This document shows, piece by piece, positions 27,171-40,529 of a DNA stretch of 64,000 bases. The DNA lies in the NCBI GenBank assembly GCA_022605425.2, contig CM061252.1, positions 905,013-969,012 on the forward strand. The letters run 5' to 3'. The notes beneath the pieces are model-generated. The model made no database searches. It was not told where the DNA came from and was given only the letters and a program-made list of their open reading frames with translations. The stretch comes from Hamiltosporidium tvaerminnensis FI-OER-3-3. Taxonomy: Eukaryota > Fungi > Microsporidia. The position numbers and the translations under genes are program-made. How positions within the stretch are numbered: the stretch's first letter is position 1; each line of letters starts with the position of its first letter.

Positions 27171-29229
27171 GATCACAAATTTTATTCTTTGTTTTTCTAT
27201 TTCGTCAAAAGCTTTCGATCCTTCGGAACTTTCCATATTAACTAATTTGCAGCGTACATATACCTGCAAAATCTTTTTTGGATTCGAAACCGACGCTAAA
27301 TCCTAGTAGTACTTAGAACCGGCAGGAATCCTAACCTAAAAAGATTTCATGCATGCGCAGATTAAAATTTTTTGTATCGTGATATCCATTGAACCTTAAA
27401 CATATATTGTATTTAAAGCTTATAGTAAAATTTTTTATTTATGATTTGTGACATCAGCAGAACTCCTACTTAGATATTTTCATCTTATTGAACCTAAATT
27501 TAATGTGATATTACTACCAACCTAAAAAATGATCAATGCACATGTTTTATAGTGAAGCAATTATTAAAGTATGTCTTAGAATAACATTACAGCCAAATTT
27601 CTATTAAAACAAAAATAATTGATACATTATTTTTTATTAAATTTCTTAAAAAAAGAAAATAGTGCTCTATACAAAGCTCATTTTTTAACAGCAAATTCTT
27701 TAATTTTTAAAATTTATATTCAACTTTCTTTTATTTTATCTGAATAAAATAAGTTTTCACGTACTTTGATATATTGTTTATAAAAAAAAACATCTAAATA
27801 GAAATTAAAAATAAAAGTACTAGTTGAACTTACTTCCGAAAATCTATTCACAATTTATTTTTTCTTTGAAAAAAACATAAAAGTACAAATAAGAATTAGT
27901 TGAACTAAAATTTTAACCCCATGAAGTAACGAAGAAAAAAGAATAGGCCATAATACCTACTTCCTGATATTTCTAAGTTTAGTTAACAAAACATTTCTTC
28001 TTGCAATACTTAAGAAGTACAATTCCCAAATATTCTGCATCAATACACTGCACACGATATTTCAATACAAGTTCTACTATACATTTAAAAATGCGCTAAA
28101 AAACCTTTTTTAATCCCAAAGCAAACCCAAAGTAGAGGTTTAAGTTAACCAATTCCGCATTCCGCTCTTTTTGTCTTCATAAAACATCAAATTTAAATTT
28201 TTGCTTATTTTTTGTTAGAATAATTTCAGAGAATAGTTTTTTTAGTTATTTCAAGCCTTAATATTTATATATAAATGTCTTTAAATGAATTATAATATCA
28301 ATTTCTTTTCTTTTCTTTCTAAAATATTTGAAAATTTAAATGTTATTATTTTTTTTTTAATTTTTGCATTTTTTTATAATTTTTATTAGTTTCATATATC
28401 AATCGTAATATTTTTAAATCAAAAATGTAAAAAAATAGATTTACTACAAATATATTATAAAATAATCATTTTAAACCCATTGAAATACAGATCGAATTAT
28501 TTAAGACAAGAAAAGTAGATTATTTTTAGTGAACAGACCTCTGAATTACGCAATAAGAACAACGTGATAAAACATATCTACATAAAACAGAATCTAAATA
28601 AAATATGAACCTAGAAAAAAAGTAGATTTATAAAACAGAACCTCAACTTCTCTACTCCTATAATCTTTGATATATGTATAACAAATAATGCCATTCTGTT
28701 GTGGTATTTTATAGAAGGCTTTCTTTAACTTTCCTGAAATCTTTCAATTTAAGAAAAAAGAGGTGTTTTAATATTTTAATAAGACTTTAGAAATATTTTT
28801 CTTAGATAATTTGCCATGAATATTAGGAATACAATTTTTCTATTTTTCTTAAATTGTATTTCCTTTTTAAATTTCTTTAGTATGTGTATAGTAAAATAAA
28901 AGAAAAAATAGAGAAAGAAAATCCTTTAACAGCAATTATATTTCAATAAACTCTTTATTTCTTCAATTTTTAAATTTTTACTTTTACTTGTATGATTTGA
29001 ACTTTGTCTCATTTGAACTACTTAAATCAGAATTTTTTTATAAACGAAAAAAGATTTATAAAGAAATTAATTTCAAAATTAAAAAATTAAAAATTACAAG
29101 AACTAAGAAATAAAAATTAAGAAAAAAAAGTAGAAAAAATTTAAAAAATTCAGAAATAATTTATGAGAATGTGAGAAATAAAATTTCTGAAATTAAGAGA
29201 TAAGAATATGATGGAATAGAATAAAAATA

Positions 29230-29891
29230 TAATAAAATGCCAAACTTTAATAAATTATTTCACTTTCTACATTTCCTTTTTTTGAATCCCAAAAGAAAAA
29301 TCTTGAATAATTTTTTGGTAATATACTACACTTCGCTATATAACAAATAATATCTAGTGTAAAACAGCGAAAGTTTGTAAAGTCTCTTTCTAAGGTAGCA
29401 GTAAGCTTTAATTATCTTTTCATGTTCCGAACTTCTTAAATTCGAAATTCTTTACCACCGCAACACTTCATTTTTTTTTTCGAATTAATTATATTTTCGT
29501 AATGTCTTTACACCTATTTATCATCACCAAACTTAATTATAGCTTCTATTTATTTCAAGCAGGGTTTGGATATAGATAATTTTATTTAAAAAGATTGAAG
29601 ATTTCTAGACATACCAGAACTCCATTCACTTAACACACGCGAAAGAACCACATCAAATTCATTCCGATTCCGCATGACTCGGTATATTTCGTCAGCGCTT
29701 TGTAGGCTAGTACTTTAGCATAACATAATCCTATCAATAAATTTAATAAAAGGTTTTAGTGCCTCCGCACTTTACCATTTAGTCCGAGGGGACCAAGGTT
29801 AGCTTCTTTTCTGCTCATTGATTTAAAGTGCATCATCCATATATATATACGGTGGTATTGTCCCATTTATGCCACCGACATGTAATTTCAT
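29230..29891 (-). pseudogene. GC-elevated gene-like relic of unknown function
   Basis: Frame starting MKLHVGGINGTIPPYIYMDDAL* continues through SADEIYRVMRNRNEFDVVLSRVLSEWSSG with about 10 scattered stops. Confidence 0.4.
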
Positions 29892-30149
29892 CAATATGTA
29901 AACTTTTCGCTAAAAAAAAGAAAAAACACATTTATTCAAAAATAATACAACTATATGTTAGAGCCTACACTTCAATCATATATCATAAAAGACAAATAAA
30001 TTTTTATATATGTTTAAGAGAAATTGGTCAATATAATTGACAAGAATAACGTGTTGTTATCAAAATTAATTAAAAGTTATTAGTTTTTAGAAAAGTATAC
30101 CTATAAATCAAAGCACATTAATTTATCTTTTTTGCTTTATGTGTACATC

Positions 30150-32100
30150 TCCACACCGACTCTTTTAAAATTAGCAATTGCGTTCCATAAAAAGCTTTCT
30201 GCCTTTGGCTTATTGTAATTGCAATTAAAGTTAATGATATTGGTAGGTTATCTAGCAATATATTCTAAGTGAATTCATTCACTAACGTGTACCTCCGACT
30301 TTAAATAAGATTTAGGCTTTTTGACACTATCGTTTGAATCATAATAAGAATACATTTAATTAAACTTACAAAGCCCAATCTTCAACCCAAAACAGCCTAG
30401 GTCCGTAAGATATAAAAATCTGCTTTGAATATTCTAGTAATTATATCAGTTGATCGTGGCATATGTTTTTATGGCTCTCAATTTAGGTTCAATTCTTTAA
30501 AATAAAATAGGTATGAAGTTTCATACCAAGATATTCATAACTCACTCGTAGAAGATGTCACATCATTAAAAAACTCAACACTATTTATAGTTTTGGTGAT
30601 TTTAAATATTTAGTTGTCTTACATTTTATATTTTAATAGAAAAATCGATATTTTGATAGTATAATCTCTTAACCAACAAACACAATCATAGAAATTTTAT
30701 TTTTGAATTACAAATACTTGTTTCCATTAATTATAAGACTAAGTTTTAATCCTTTTGATTTTATATCCACCTATAGATATAATTAGATATCAAAGTGATA
30801 TTAATATCTTGTAATTCCCACCAGTATAGGTATTTCTTAATTATGTAAAGAATTGTATGTAACTTTATATTTATTTAGCAAAGTAAATATTAAAAATGAT
30901 TTAAATTAATTTAGCTTATAGTTAAATATATTTATTAAAGATTCATTCTATATTTATACCAAATTAAAATATTATCTAAATTATTCTTTATTTGACTTGT
31001 TTTTCGTGTGAATCTGAATTGCTTCATAAGAAAGTCAAAGATCTAAAAAATCTAAGAAAATATAGATAACCATACCTTTTATAAAATAGTTATAGAAATT
31101 GTATTTAAACTGGGTACATAAATTAAAAACATTGAAATGTGCAAACAATTAATATAGAAACAGATAATGAAATGTAGTTTTAATGTTGAGGTAGTATAAA
31201 ATGAACAAGATTATCAGTTCGAGACATATTAATGTACTATACAATTTTTTTAAATTTAAATTTTAGATAATTAGAGCAAACTACAAGATAAGTCAAATAA
31301 AAATATAAAATAATAGAAAACTTAGTAATATCTTTACAAATATAAAAATTTATGTTCTAAATTGGTCGAATATGAGTTAATAGTTTAAAACGAAATTCTT
31401 ATATGAATATATTGAGATGAATCAAATATCAAAATTCTCTAATAGAATTATATGATTTAGTAAAAATAACTTAATGTCTGTATAGATCTAAATAATAGCA
31501 TTTTATTTCAACAAATTACATAGTATTAAATTTTTAATAAATTTTCTTGAAATTATTATACATGCAATGTAAATATCTTTTCGCACGATATCTTTCTTTT
31601 ACTTAGCTCTATATTCTTTTTAAACCAAAAAGCAATACATATATAATACAAAGCGGTTTGCTCAATTTTAGGAAAGGTAACTAATATGAGGTTATATGGA
31701 AATCCAAAGCTATGTATGAATACCCTATATGATCAAAGTTTCAATCAATGTATTAATAGCTTTTGGAAACAATTTTACCAAATTTAATACGGCCATATTT
31801 AGTTCAAACACAACGTATTATGACTAAGATTAAAAAATATTATTTAAAGATATTCAGTTAAGGTTTTATTAGTTAAAATGTTCTAAATGACCATAAAAAA
31901 GCAATCAATACCTTACACTCAAAAAATTCCAATTATGGTAAATTTTATAAGCTTATTAGACTTAACACCTTAAAATCATACAAGAGAAGAAAATACTAAC
32001 GTATACCTTCGAATATAACATATTGATATGAATCACAGAATTTAATGGTAAATTAATATTAAATTACATAAAATTAATAAATTACATCAAAGTATAGTAA
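30150..32100. repeat. Unit U copy 5
   Basis: Same anchors as the other copies; terminal block at 31650-31990. Confidence 0.85.
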
Positions 32101-33519
32101 AATCATAATTTATTTTGAAATAAGTATTACTTTACTAAAACAAGACAAGAATAAAGTAGCCAGAATTGTTTTATAATTAGAAAAACTGCTGCATGAGCAA
32201 CCATTATAACTCGGTAAGGGAATAACAAAAGAAATATATAAAAAATATAGGAACAATTTAAAACAGAAAATTAGAATAAAAAACATGAAATATGAAAAAA
32301 CAATTAAAAATAGAATATAAATAAATTTTATCTTAACCGACTCTATATAAGTGAAAATTCAAAACTAAAAAAACATTAATAAAATAAATACCTAACTAAA
32401 ATTTTCCACGTAAAAGAATAAAAGTTCGATAATTGTAAATAAAATTTGAAATGGTACAATTTTTTTATGCAAAAAAAGAAATACTTTATCATAGCAGCTA
32501 TAAACAATACTAATTTCATATAAAAAATAACATACGAACTATATACTAGTTTATATTATAGAAAAGACTATACAGATTTTATACAAAATATAAACTTACG
32601 TGACAAAAAAGCAACTAAAATCTACCACTAATGATGTAAAATAACGAGTTTACAATATAAATATATTTTTCTTTAATTAAAAGCCAACATATTATAGTTA
32701 AACTTAAAAAATATATGATTACAACAAGTAAATTATTTTAAGTATGTAATAAACATACAAATCAAGTTTTTAATATGTTATAAATTTAATTTAGAACAAA
32801 ATATATGACTTAATACAGAAGAAGTGACAAAGTTATCAAAAAAATGAATAAAAAAACTTACTAAAATTTATATCCCATGCATATCCCTTTAGCGAAAGTA
32901 CATAGTATTCCAAATAATATTTTTTAATAAAACATCTAAATTTTGAATTTTTAAAAAAATTATTGTGTAATGAATTGAATCGAACAACCAAGCAATATTT
33001 GTTGGCGTTATTAATATCACATTTCACACGCCTTATATTGCACTCTTCTGAAACTCAGTAGATAAATAAAATGGAATACAAATTATAAGTAAGAAAAGTA
33101 TTTGGTATAAATAAAAACCGTATAGTTTAAAAAAGACTAATATGTTATGCTGGTGAATTCTTAATTGCTTTGTAAAATAAAAGAAACTTTGGATATTGAA
33201 ATTAAAAAAAAAACAGTGCAGTTTAATAAGATTTATTTCATTAAATAATTAATAGCTCGATAAATGGTACCATACATACCTTTCAAAATCAGAATAATTT
33301 TTTTAACAATGAACAACATGATATAAAAGAAAAGATAACTTAAACAAAAATAAGCGGTAAATGAAAATAACAAAACAATATTACAAATTTATAATAACAG
33401 ACTATCTCGGTTTTGGAAAAAAAATATATTTCTGTATAAACTAACACATAGAATAATTTAAAATCATTACCTCTTTTTTACACAGTCACTAGTATAAATT
33501 TTTTTGATGACATTCACAC

Positions 33520-34170
33520 AGTTCTGAGTTTAACATATGTGACAGCATCCCCACCACACTATCTGTACCACTTACGATACCCATTATAAGGCCTTCATTT
33601 ATAAGGTATATATGATATATTTAATAGGGAAAAGGTTTGCGTAGCGTTTGCCCATATCTGTTACTAAGTTTTGATTGTAGGTAGAACATAGCTCGAACTT
33701 AACCTTTCGAGATTATGCAAAATTTTCACTTACTCTATCCACTCCGAAGCCAATAAATGCTCGCCAAGATATATTTTGATGACTAACACAGACCTACTTA
33801 GACAATGCAATGACATAACAAGATGTATAACATGTTGCATCGCTTTAAGACTTCAAAAGTTATTATTTTTCTATCCTCTGAGGTTAAGTGTTATAACCTG
33901 GTGTTCAAGACAAGGTTTCCACATTTTTAACAAAGCGAAAATCAAAAAGTACAATTTATTCTGCAATCTAGACACAAATGAGACTACAAAATATATTATA
34001 GAAAAAGATTTCGATATATTATAGACCTTCTCCTCCTCATAAGAGCAGCAATGGAACCCCAAAAACATAGAGTAGTCTTATTCATATTTAAAGGCTAAAA
34101 TATCGGTTCAAACAGATCTTTCACATGATCATTTCAAATAATACTGTCTTGTAGTCGTTGTCCTCTCTCC
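33520..34170 (-). pseudogene. Gene relic family X, copy B (includes ORF-track 33871-34068)
   Basis: Paralog of 12640-13290, within the larger duplication of 9290-13290 at 30150-34170. Confidence 0.65.
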
Positions 34171-34409
34171 ACCAATGGTTTAGCTATTTATAAACAATCA
34201 ATTTTAACATAATCTAGTTACACACAAATTTAATCATCAAATGTAACACTATTTGAGAAAAAATTAAAATATAAATTTTTTTGTAAAGAACCCTCTCCTA
34301 ATGAGAAATCTCTATAATTTACTCTGCTGATATAAATTATTTTTTTTTAAACATTAAAGAAAACATAAGAGTTGATGATACAGAATGCTAACCCAAAAAA
34401 ACAAAGCAA

Positions 34410-35470
34410 AGGGTTTACTGTTTTTCGAAATTATAATAATTTTTGCAATTTAATGACATTCCTTCGCTATAAAATAGTTTTAATGACATTACGAAGCAAT
34501 TGAAGCATACCGTAATCATTAGTTGCTTTGCTCTTATAGTTAGAGCGTTAGATGAAGCTTTTTTTTTATCCTCACTTTTTGTATATGGTATTTAGAAAGA
34601 TCTTAGTTTAAAGCTGAATTTTTGGATATTTCATTCTATAATCAAATTTAAAACAAAAAAAAAATCATAAAATTATGATGCAGATTAAAATATCCGAAAA
34701 TTCGTTCTTTAAACCGAGGTCCTTCTAAACGCCATATATATTGTAAGTAAGATTCTAAAATCACTTCGGCATTTATTAATCTAACGAAAAAAGTTAATAC
34801 TTATAAAGAAAATTGCATACGATATAAATTTCGTTAAATATATTGCAGTATAAAAGGTATTAAAATGGAAAATGAAGAAGTATTTGAAATTGTAATATAA
34901 AAGAAGTAAAATTTATTATGAAAAAAAACTATAATACAATGACAAAAGTTTACCTTTCTTTAATTTTTAATAATTTTCGGATATTCCTTCAATATAAAAC
35001 TTTTTTATCAATTACGAAATAATAGAAGCATACAACCACCAAAGCCGAAAAAGATTTTAAACCTAACCATCACTTTTATCGCAAATATTTTTTATCCTCA
35101 CTTTTTTTTTTGTATTTGGCATTTAGGAAGATCTCAAATTTAAAGACGAATTTTCCAATATTTCATATTGTAATCAAATTTAAAACAAATAAACTTCATA
35201 AAATTATGATACAACTTAATATATCGGAAAATTCATTGATAAACTTAAGATCTTTCTAAATGCCATATATAGTAGAAATTAAGATTCACAAACTCCATCA
35301 TTTGACGATAAGTGATTCAATATAAAAGTATAAACTTATAAAGACAATTTAATAGTGTTTATTATTTTTTTAAAGTAATTGCAGTATGGATGGTATTAAA
35401 ACAGAAAAACATAAGTAAGTTCTTGGAATTACAAGTTAAAGGGAAATAAATATCTTTTGGCTGTAAAAAT
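34410..35470. repeat. Tandem duplication (period ~531 bp), each unit carrying a ~157-nt inverted repeat
   Basis: Shared anchors ATTCCTTC, GAAGCATAC, TTTTTATCCTCACTTTTT, TAATCAAATTTAAAACAAA, TCATAAAATTATGAT and ATTGCAGTAT...GGTATTAAAA. Hairpins at 34582-34738 and 35113-35269. Confidence 0.85.
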
Positions 35471-38400
35471 TGTCATATAATGAAAAAAAATCTAGAATAT
35501 AAAATTTCTATATATTTTTGTTCCTGTAGTGCATTGAAAGGAATTACACCATAAGATATTTTTTTTATGATTTTTTTTTATATATTATTTACATTTACTT
35601 TGTACGAAGGCTTTACACGATTGTTAAAAGTCCCAGTAAATCCAGCTTAAGATTTTACTACTATAATTTCTTTTTTTTGCTTTACTATAAACTTTAAAAA
35701 AAATTCCTACTTTTATTTCTTGAATTAAAGTGTTAGTCAAACATTTTGTCAAGCCTGTAATTTTGTTTTGACAATTAGAAATATCGTTTATCATTTTACT
35801 ATTTAAACTGTAAAACATATTGCAAAATATGCAGATTTTTTAAATTTTTTTTTGATAACCTTTATATTTTTATAATAAATTATTTCGCTTAATATATACT
35901 ATATCACGCATATTTACTGTTCTGCAAAAAAATTATCATTTATTTCTGAGAATTTAACATTTATTTAAAATGTAATTAAGGTTTTTCAATCAAGGTCTCT
36001 AATTTATATATTCTAATTACAAAATTGCTTTGCCATTTCTCTAATTATACGCTACAAAAACATAAACCAACATCATAGTAAAATAATTCCCTGTCTAACA
36101 TAAAAAATCTTTTAATTTGAAAAAATTCTCATTTTGAAAAAAATATTAACAAATTTTATTAAGAGAATATTTATATTTATTAAATTTTATTTGGCGAAAT
36201 AATAAAAAATTTCTTCCTTCGAATGTATTTTTTCATATTCTAAATATATAATTTAAATTCTTTTACCTGAATTCAATGACATCGATTCTTATTCTTATAT
36301 TTACAAATTTGTCTTAAAATATTCAAAAGAGAACCATTTAATAATCATAAGTTACAGATATAATAAAATAAAAGATATATTTGAACCGAACTATTGACAT
36401 TTCATATGCTCGCCACATTTTTTGTAATAACTACATCAAAATTTTTTATAATTCAGAATCATTTTCTAATTTACTATTGAAGAAATTAGATTTTTAAACC
36501 AAATGATGCATATAATACCAAAAACTTTCTAATTTATGATACAAATTATTTAGAAACAAAAATTAATCATTGACTTTTAGAAAAGAAAGCGGAAAAAAAG
36601 ATAAGTAATCTCTATTAATATAAGTAAACAAAATAAGACATTATAAACAGAGATATATACTTTAAACATAAAAAACTAATTGTACTTCCCGAAAAAAATT
36701 CTTAATTCATTTAAGTATTTTTTTCTTTAGAAACTAATTAATCGAATATTTTATATAGTCGCGGATTTTTAGTTTTATTTTTTTTCATTATAAAGTTCCA
36801 ATCCCTATGTTTCGAGCTCGAAAAATCTCATCATAAAAAATTGACTTTAAAAGAAGAGTTATTAAGATAAGGTATTCTGGCCACCAGTTTAATAGAGACA
36901 ATAACTGTTGCTCACCATTATTTGCTCAACCCAAGATATTTTTTTTTAAAAAAAATTAGTCACATTAAATATATTTGCAGATGCGTATATGATATAATAA
37001 TTAAAAAAAATTAGCATTCTCGCCATAGTTTTAATATTTTCGTAACGAAAATAAATTTTAGCAAACAAAAATAACAAATTTGAAATAAAGTCAAAAAACG
37101 TAAAAAAAAATGTGAAAGCTTTCTAGAGTTATGGCAAGAAAAAACAAAAACAGCCAAGATATCGGTTTATAAGCCAATCTATTTTTGAATTATATCTCAT
37201 GCTCTATTTCGTCTTTCATCATTGGAAGTTTTATAATGTAATGCAATTTTTAAAGTTAATCAGAAAAAAATTATATCAGTATTTCAATTTCATAAAAGAC
37301 AACATGTAAAAATAGTATATACATTATATTATTTGAAAATAAGGTTGTTTATAACTACAAGTTAGGTTCTTAAACATAATTAAATCTTATAAACTTTTTT
37401 AAATGGTAACTCCAAATTAAATAATATTTGAAATTCCATTTTACAATAAACACTCTATCTAAGTTCTTATAAACCAAAGCATGTTGCATCGCATTTTATA
37501 TAATTCAGATTAAATAAAAAAATATTTATCCAACCACTAGGAACAATCGCCTATTTTTTTTCTTAATAAGAAATTTTACTGAATCTTAAGTAATTCTAAA
37601 AAATTCAGATTTTCTGTTGCTTGCTATGCATTTGATTAAAAATACTAAAATTATTCCCAAAAGCCCATAACGGGATTTTCAAAATCATATTAAACCAGTT
37701 TTAAATTGCTTTTTGTTATATCTTTACTGAAAAAAAAAATTATAAAATATTATTTTGCATTATTTTTTTGTTGCTTTTTGGTGATTTAAGCCCTTCGCTG
37801 CAATAAATATCGTGACTTAAGGTATTAAATCAGTTATCATTGGTGTCTATAGCCCTACCTTTCAAAAATAATAAATTTAAAGTATATTAAAAAATATTAC
37901 CTTATATTTCAAACCAGATTTCGAAAAGTTTTATTTAATCTTAAATTAAGTTTCCTAAATATAATTCTTGATCTCTAGGTTTAAAAATTATTTTGGGTTT
38001 AATTTTTTTTTATCTTATAACTAAATGAATGCCAAGTCTATTTATATAGCAGCTAGAAATATACAAAATTTTACTTATTGTATAGAATAGAAATTCATTC
38101 TTAAGTGCAAAATATAAAGCAATATGCTGAAACAGAGATGAGAAGAAATTTTAGATCATGCAAAAACCTTCAGAGTATTGTACGAAAATATCTAAAGTTA
38201 TAAAAAATTCGAAAACTCAAATTCGAAGTCTGATGTTTTATAATAAATACCAAGTAATTAATAACTACTTTTCAAGCCTAAAAAATCTTTAAATAATATA
38301 AAATAGTACAAAAAAGCATAAAGTTACGCTAAAATAGATCAATCAGACACAATATGTCAAAAATATCTTAAAAAGATATACCTAAATGTGTAATTTTTAG

Positions 38401-39459
38401 AATTACAAAATTATTCCATAGTGTTTTAAAACAATTCGAATAAGATGTATTCATATTAAACCACAGATAGAAATAAATGCTATAAAAATGCAAAATATTA
38501 GGGAGAATTCAAAAAAACAACATTTTTGCTTATTAAATTATTGGCTCTTATTTTTTGAATTATGCCTGTTTTTGTTTAAACATTTTTATGGTGTTTAAAT
38601 TGTTAAGATTATATTTCTTTAAATATTTTTTTTAAAAATTGATCATCTTTCTTATGAGAAATAATTTTCATCTAGATCTTTACCGTACTTTTGAGAAATA
38701 ATTTATTAGTTAGTTAAATACATTATAACTTAAAGAATTCTTAAATTATTAGCTCATTAAGTATTTTTTAATAAACATAAAAGGCTTTATATACAATGCA
38801 AACGCTACTTTATTTAAATATCCAAAACATTCTTATTCAGGATGAAATCGAAATTACGTAATTATTTTAAAGTAAAATAAAACAAACTGAGCTTAAGAGT
38901 GTCGTGTAAGCCTAACTAGTATTCGTATTACTTTTCTCATACAGAAATTTAATTCGTTCACTAAATAGTCACATATATTCTTTGCCTGTAATAGTAAAAC
39001 ATCTTATTTAGGAAAGTATGATGGCATTATAATTTCACAAAAATTTGGCGATTTATAGAGAATATATTTTAAATGAACATTCCAGTAAAATATTTTTGAA
39101 TTTAGAAAATAAATAAATTTAATCATATGTTATTTAATGCCTCAAAATCAAATACTTGATCTCTGCATACATAAATTTTAACCTTTGTTTTTTAAGAATA
39201 TAGTTGAATTGTAAAAATATTGATTTGAGAAAAATTTAAAATTTAAAAACCAACTAAAGTGATTTGTGATTATTCTTTTTTCTTGAAAAAAATTTACCAT
39301 TAGTTAAAATTATCATTCTAAAAAAATATTTACAGCCATATATAATTTAACAAATCAAAAACTTTTTAATATTTCCAGAAATTTATAAAAAAAATAAAAT
39401 CAAATTTCATATATAAAAAAATGATTGTTTAGATATTAAGACGGAATTAAAATAATTTT

Positions 39460-39790
39460 ATTAGAAAAAATCTGCTGGCTTACGGTGAAAGGTTGGGGTT
39501 AAAATCAAACCAAATTTTCGGTTGCTCTATCGAAGTTGGTAAGAAGAAGAACGATCTACGCATAAGAGCATTTTTTTGTTTTATTTTGTAGTCTTTATCT
39601 ATCTGAATTTAGACCGCGATTGCATGCAGGTAATTACGGCGTAAACCCAGAAAATTTGATTTGGTACATAGCGATATGCTAAAAGTTAGTAAAGCCAAGG
39701 GAATCGATTTAAAAAGCTGTATCTGTTTATAAGAGAGTTCTCGCCCAGATGTACTTTATGCAAGTCGCTGTGATATATAATATATGATAC
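39460..39790 (+). pseudogene. GC-elevated coding-like fragment, identity unknown
   Basis: NLLAYGERLGLKSNQIFGCSIEVGKKKNDLRIRAF...RRKPRKFDLVHSDMLKV, with internal stops. Confidence 0.3.
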
Positions 39791-40529
39791 GATATAGGAT
39801 TTTAATCGTACAATATTTGGAAATTTTTAAGTGTGTAATATCACTAAGCAGGATTGAACCTACGTTGATACTTCGCAAAATAAATAATTATCTTAGAGTA
39901 ACTGCATCGTCTTTAAATAGATTATACATACATTTTAAATAAAAAACTGAGATGTAGGTAGCTTAGAAGATACAATTGTGAAGGTAAGAAAGCCTTTATT
40001 GTAAGCACAGACATTCTTTAATGCTTGATACAAAATTATAAATGTCAAGTTTTAAAAAATGTGATATTTTTATAATTAAAATCTCTATAAATTCATAGTG
40101 TTAACTTTCATTTATATTTGTTCAGATTGATATTTTTTTTGATTTATTATTAGAAATTAAATTGTAAAAATATTAAATTTATGAATTAAATTTTTTCAAA
40201 GTCTTAGAACATAATAATACTAAGAATCGGGAAAAGTATCATAAAGATAATATTAGGAAAATTAGGTTGCAGAAGTTTTTACTTTGAGGAATTCAAATTG
40301 GTTAAAAATGTCAAAAATCCGAATTAAAATATCTCATACCAAAAAATGTCTCTAATTAAAATTTCCGATTTATACCAGAATAGCTGATTTATTATTTTTT
40401 TTTGTGTTTTCCAATTCTGAGAACAATTTTTTTTTAATTTTGTGTTTTATTATGATTATATATACAAACGTCTGAATTAAATAAAAATTTCAAATACAAT
40501 TAAAATTCATTATTTGCACTCAAAATAGA

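Noticed and set aside
29829-29877. YIYMDD resembling an RT catalytic motif, next to a GC-rich 9-bp hairpin (29850-29877) resembling a Helitron end
   Set aside because: No other RT motifs occur at the right spacing, YIY comes from a (TA)n run, and no CTRR terminus follows the hairpin.
39655-39745. FDLVHSD...ESSR resembling a Ty1/copia integrase core start
   Set aside because: It lacks the following GP, a properly spaced zinc-binding region, LTRs and other pol motifs. Too short to support without an HMM search.
39841-39930. Minus-strand GTAGGTTCAATCCTGC resembling a tRNA T-arm
   Set aside because: The loop is one base short, and no acceptor, D or anticodon stems can be built.
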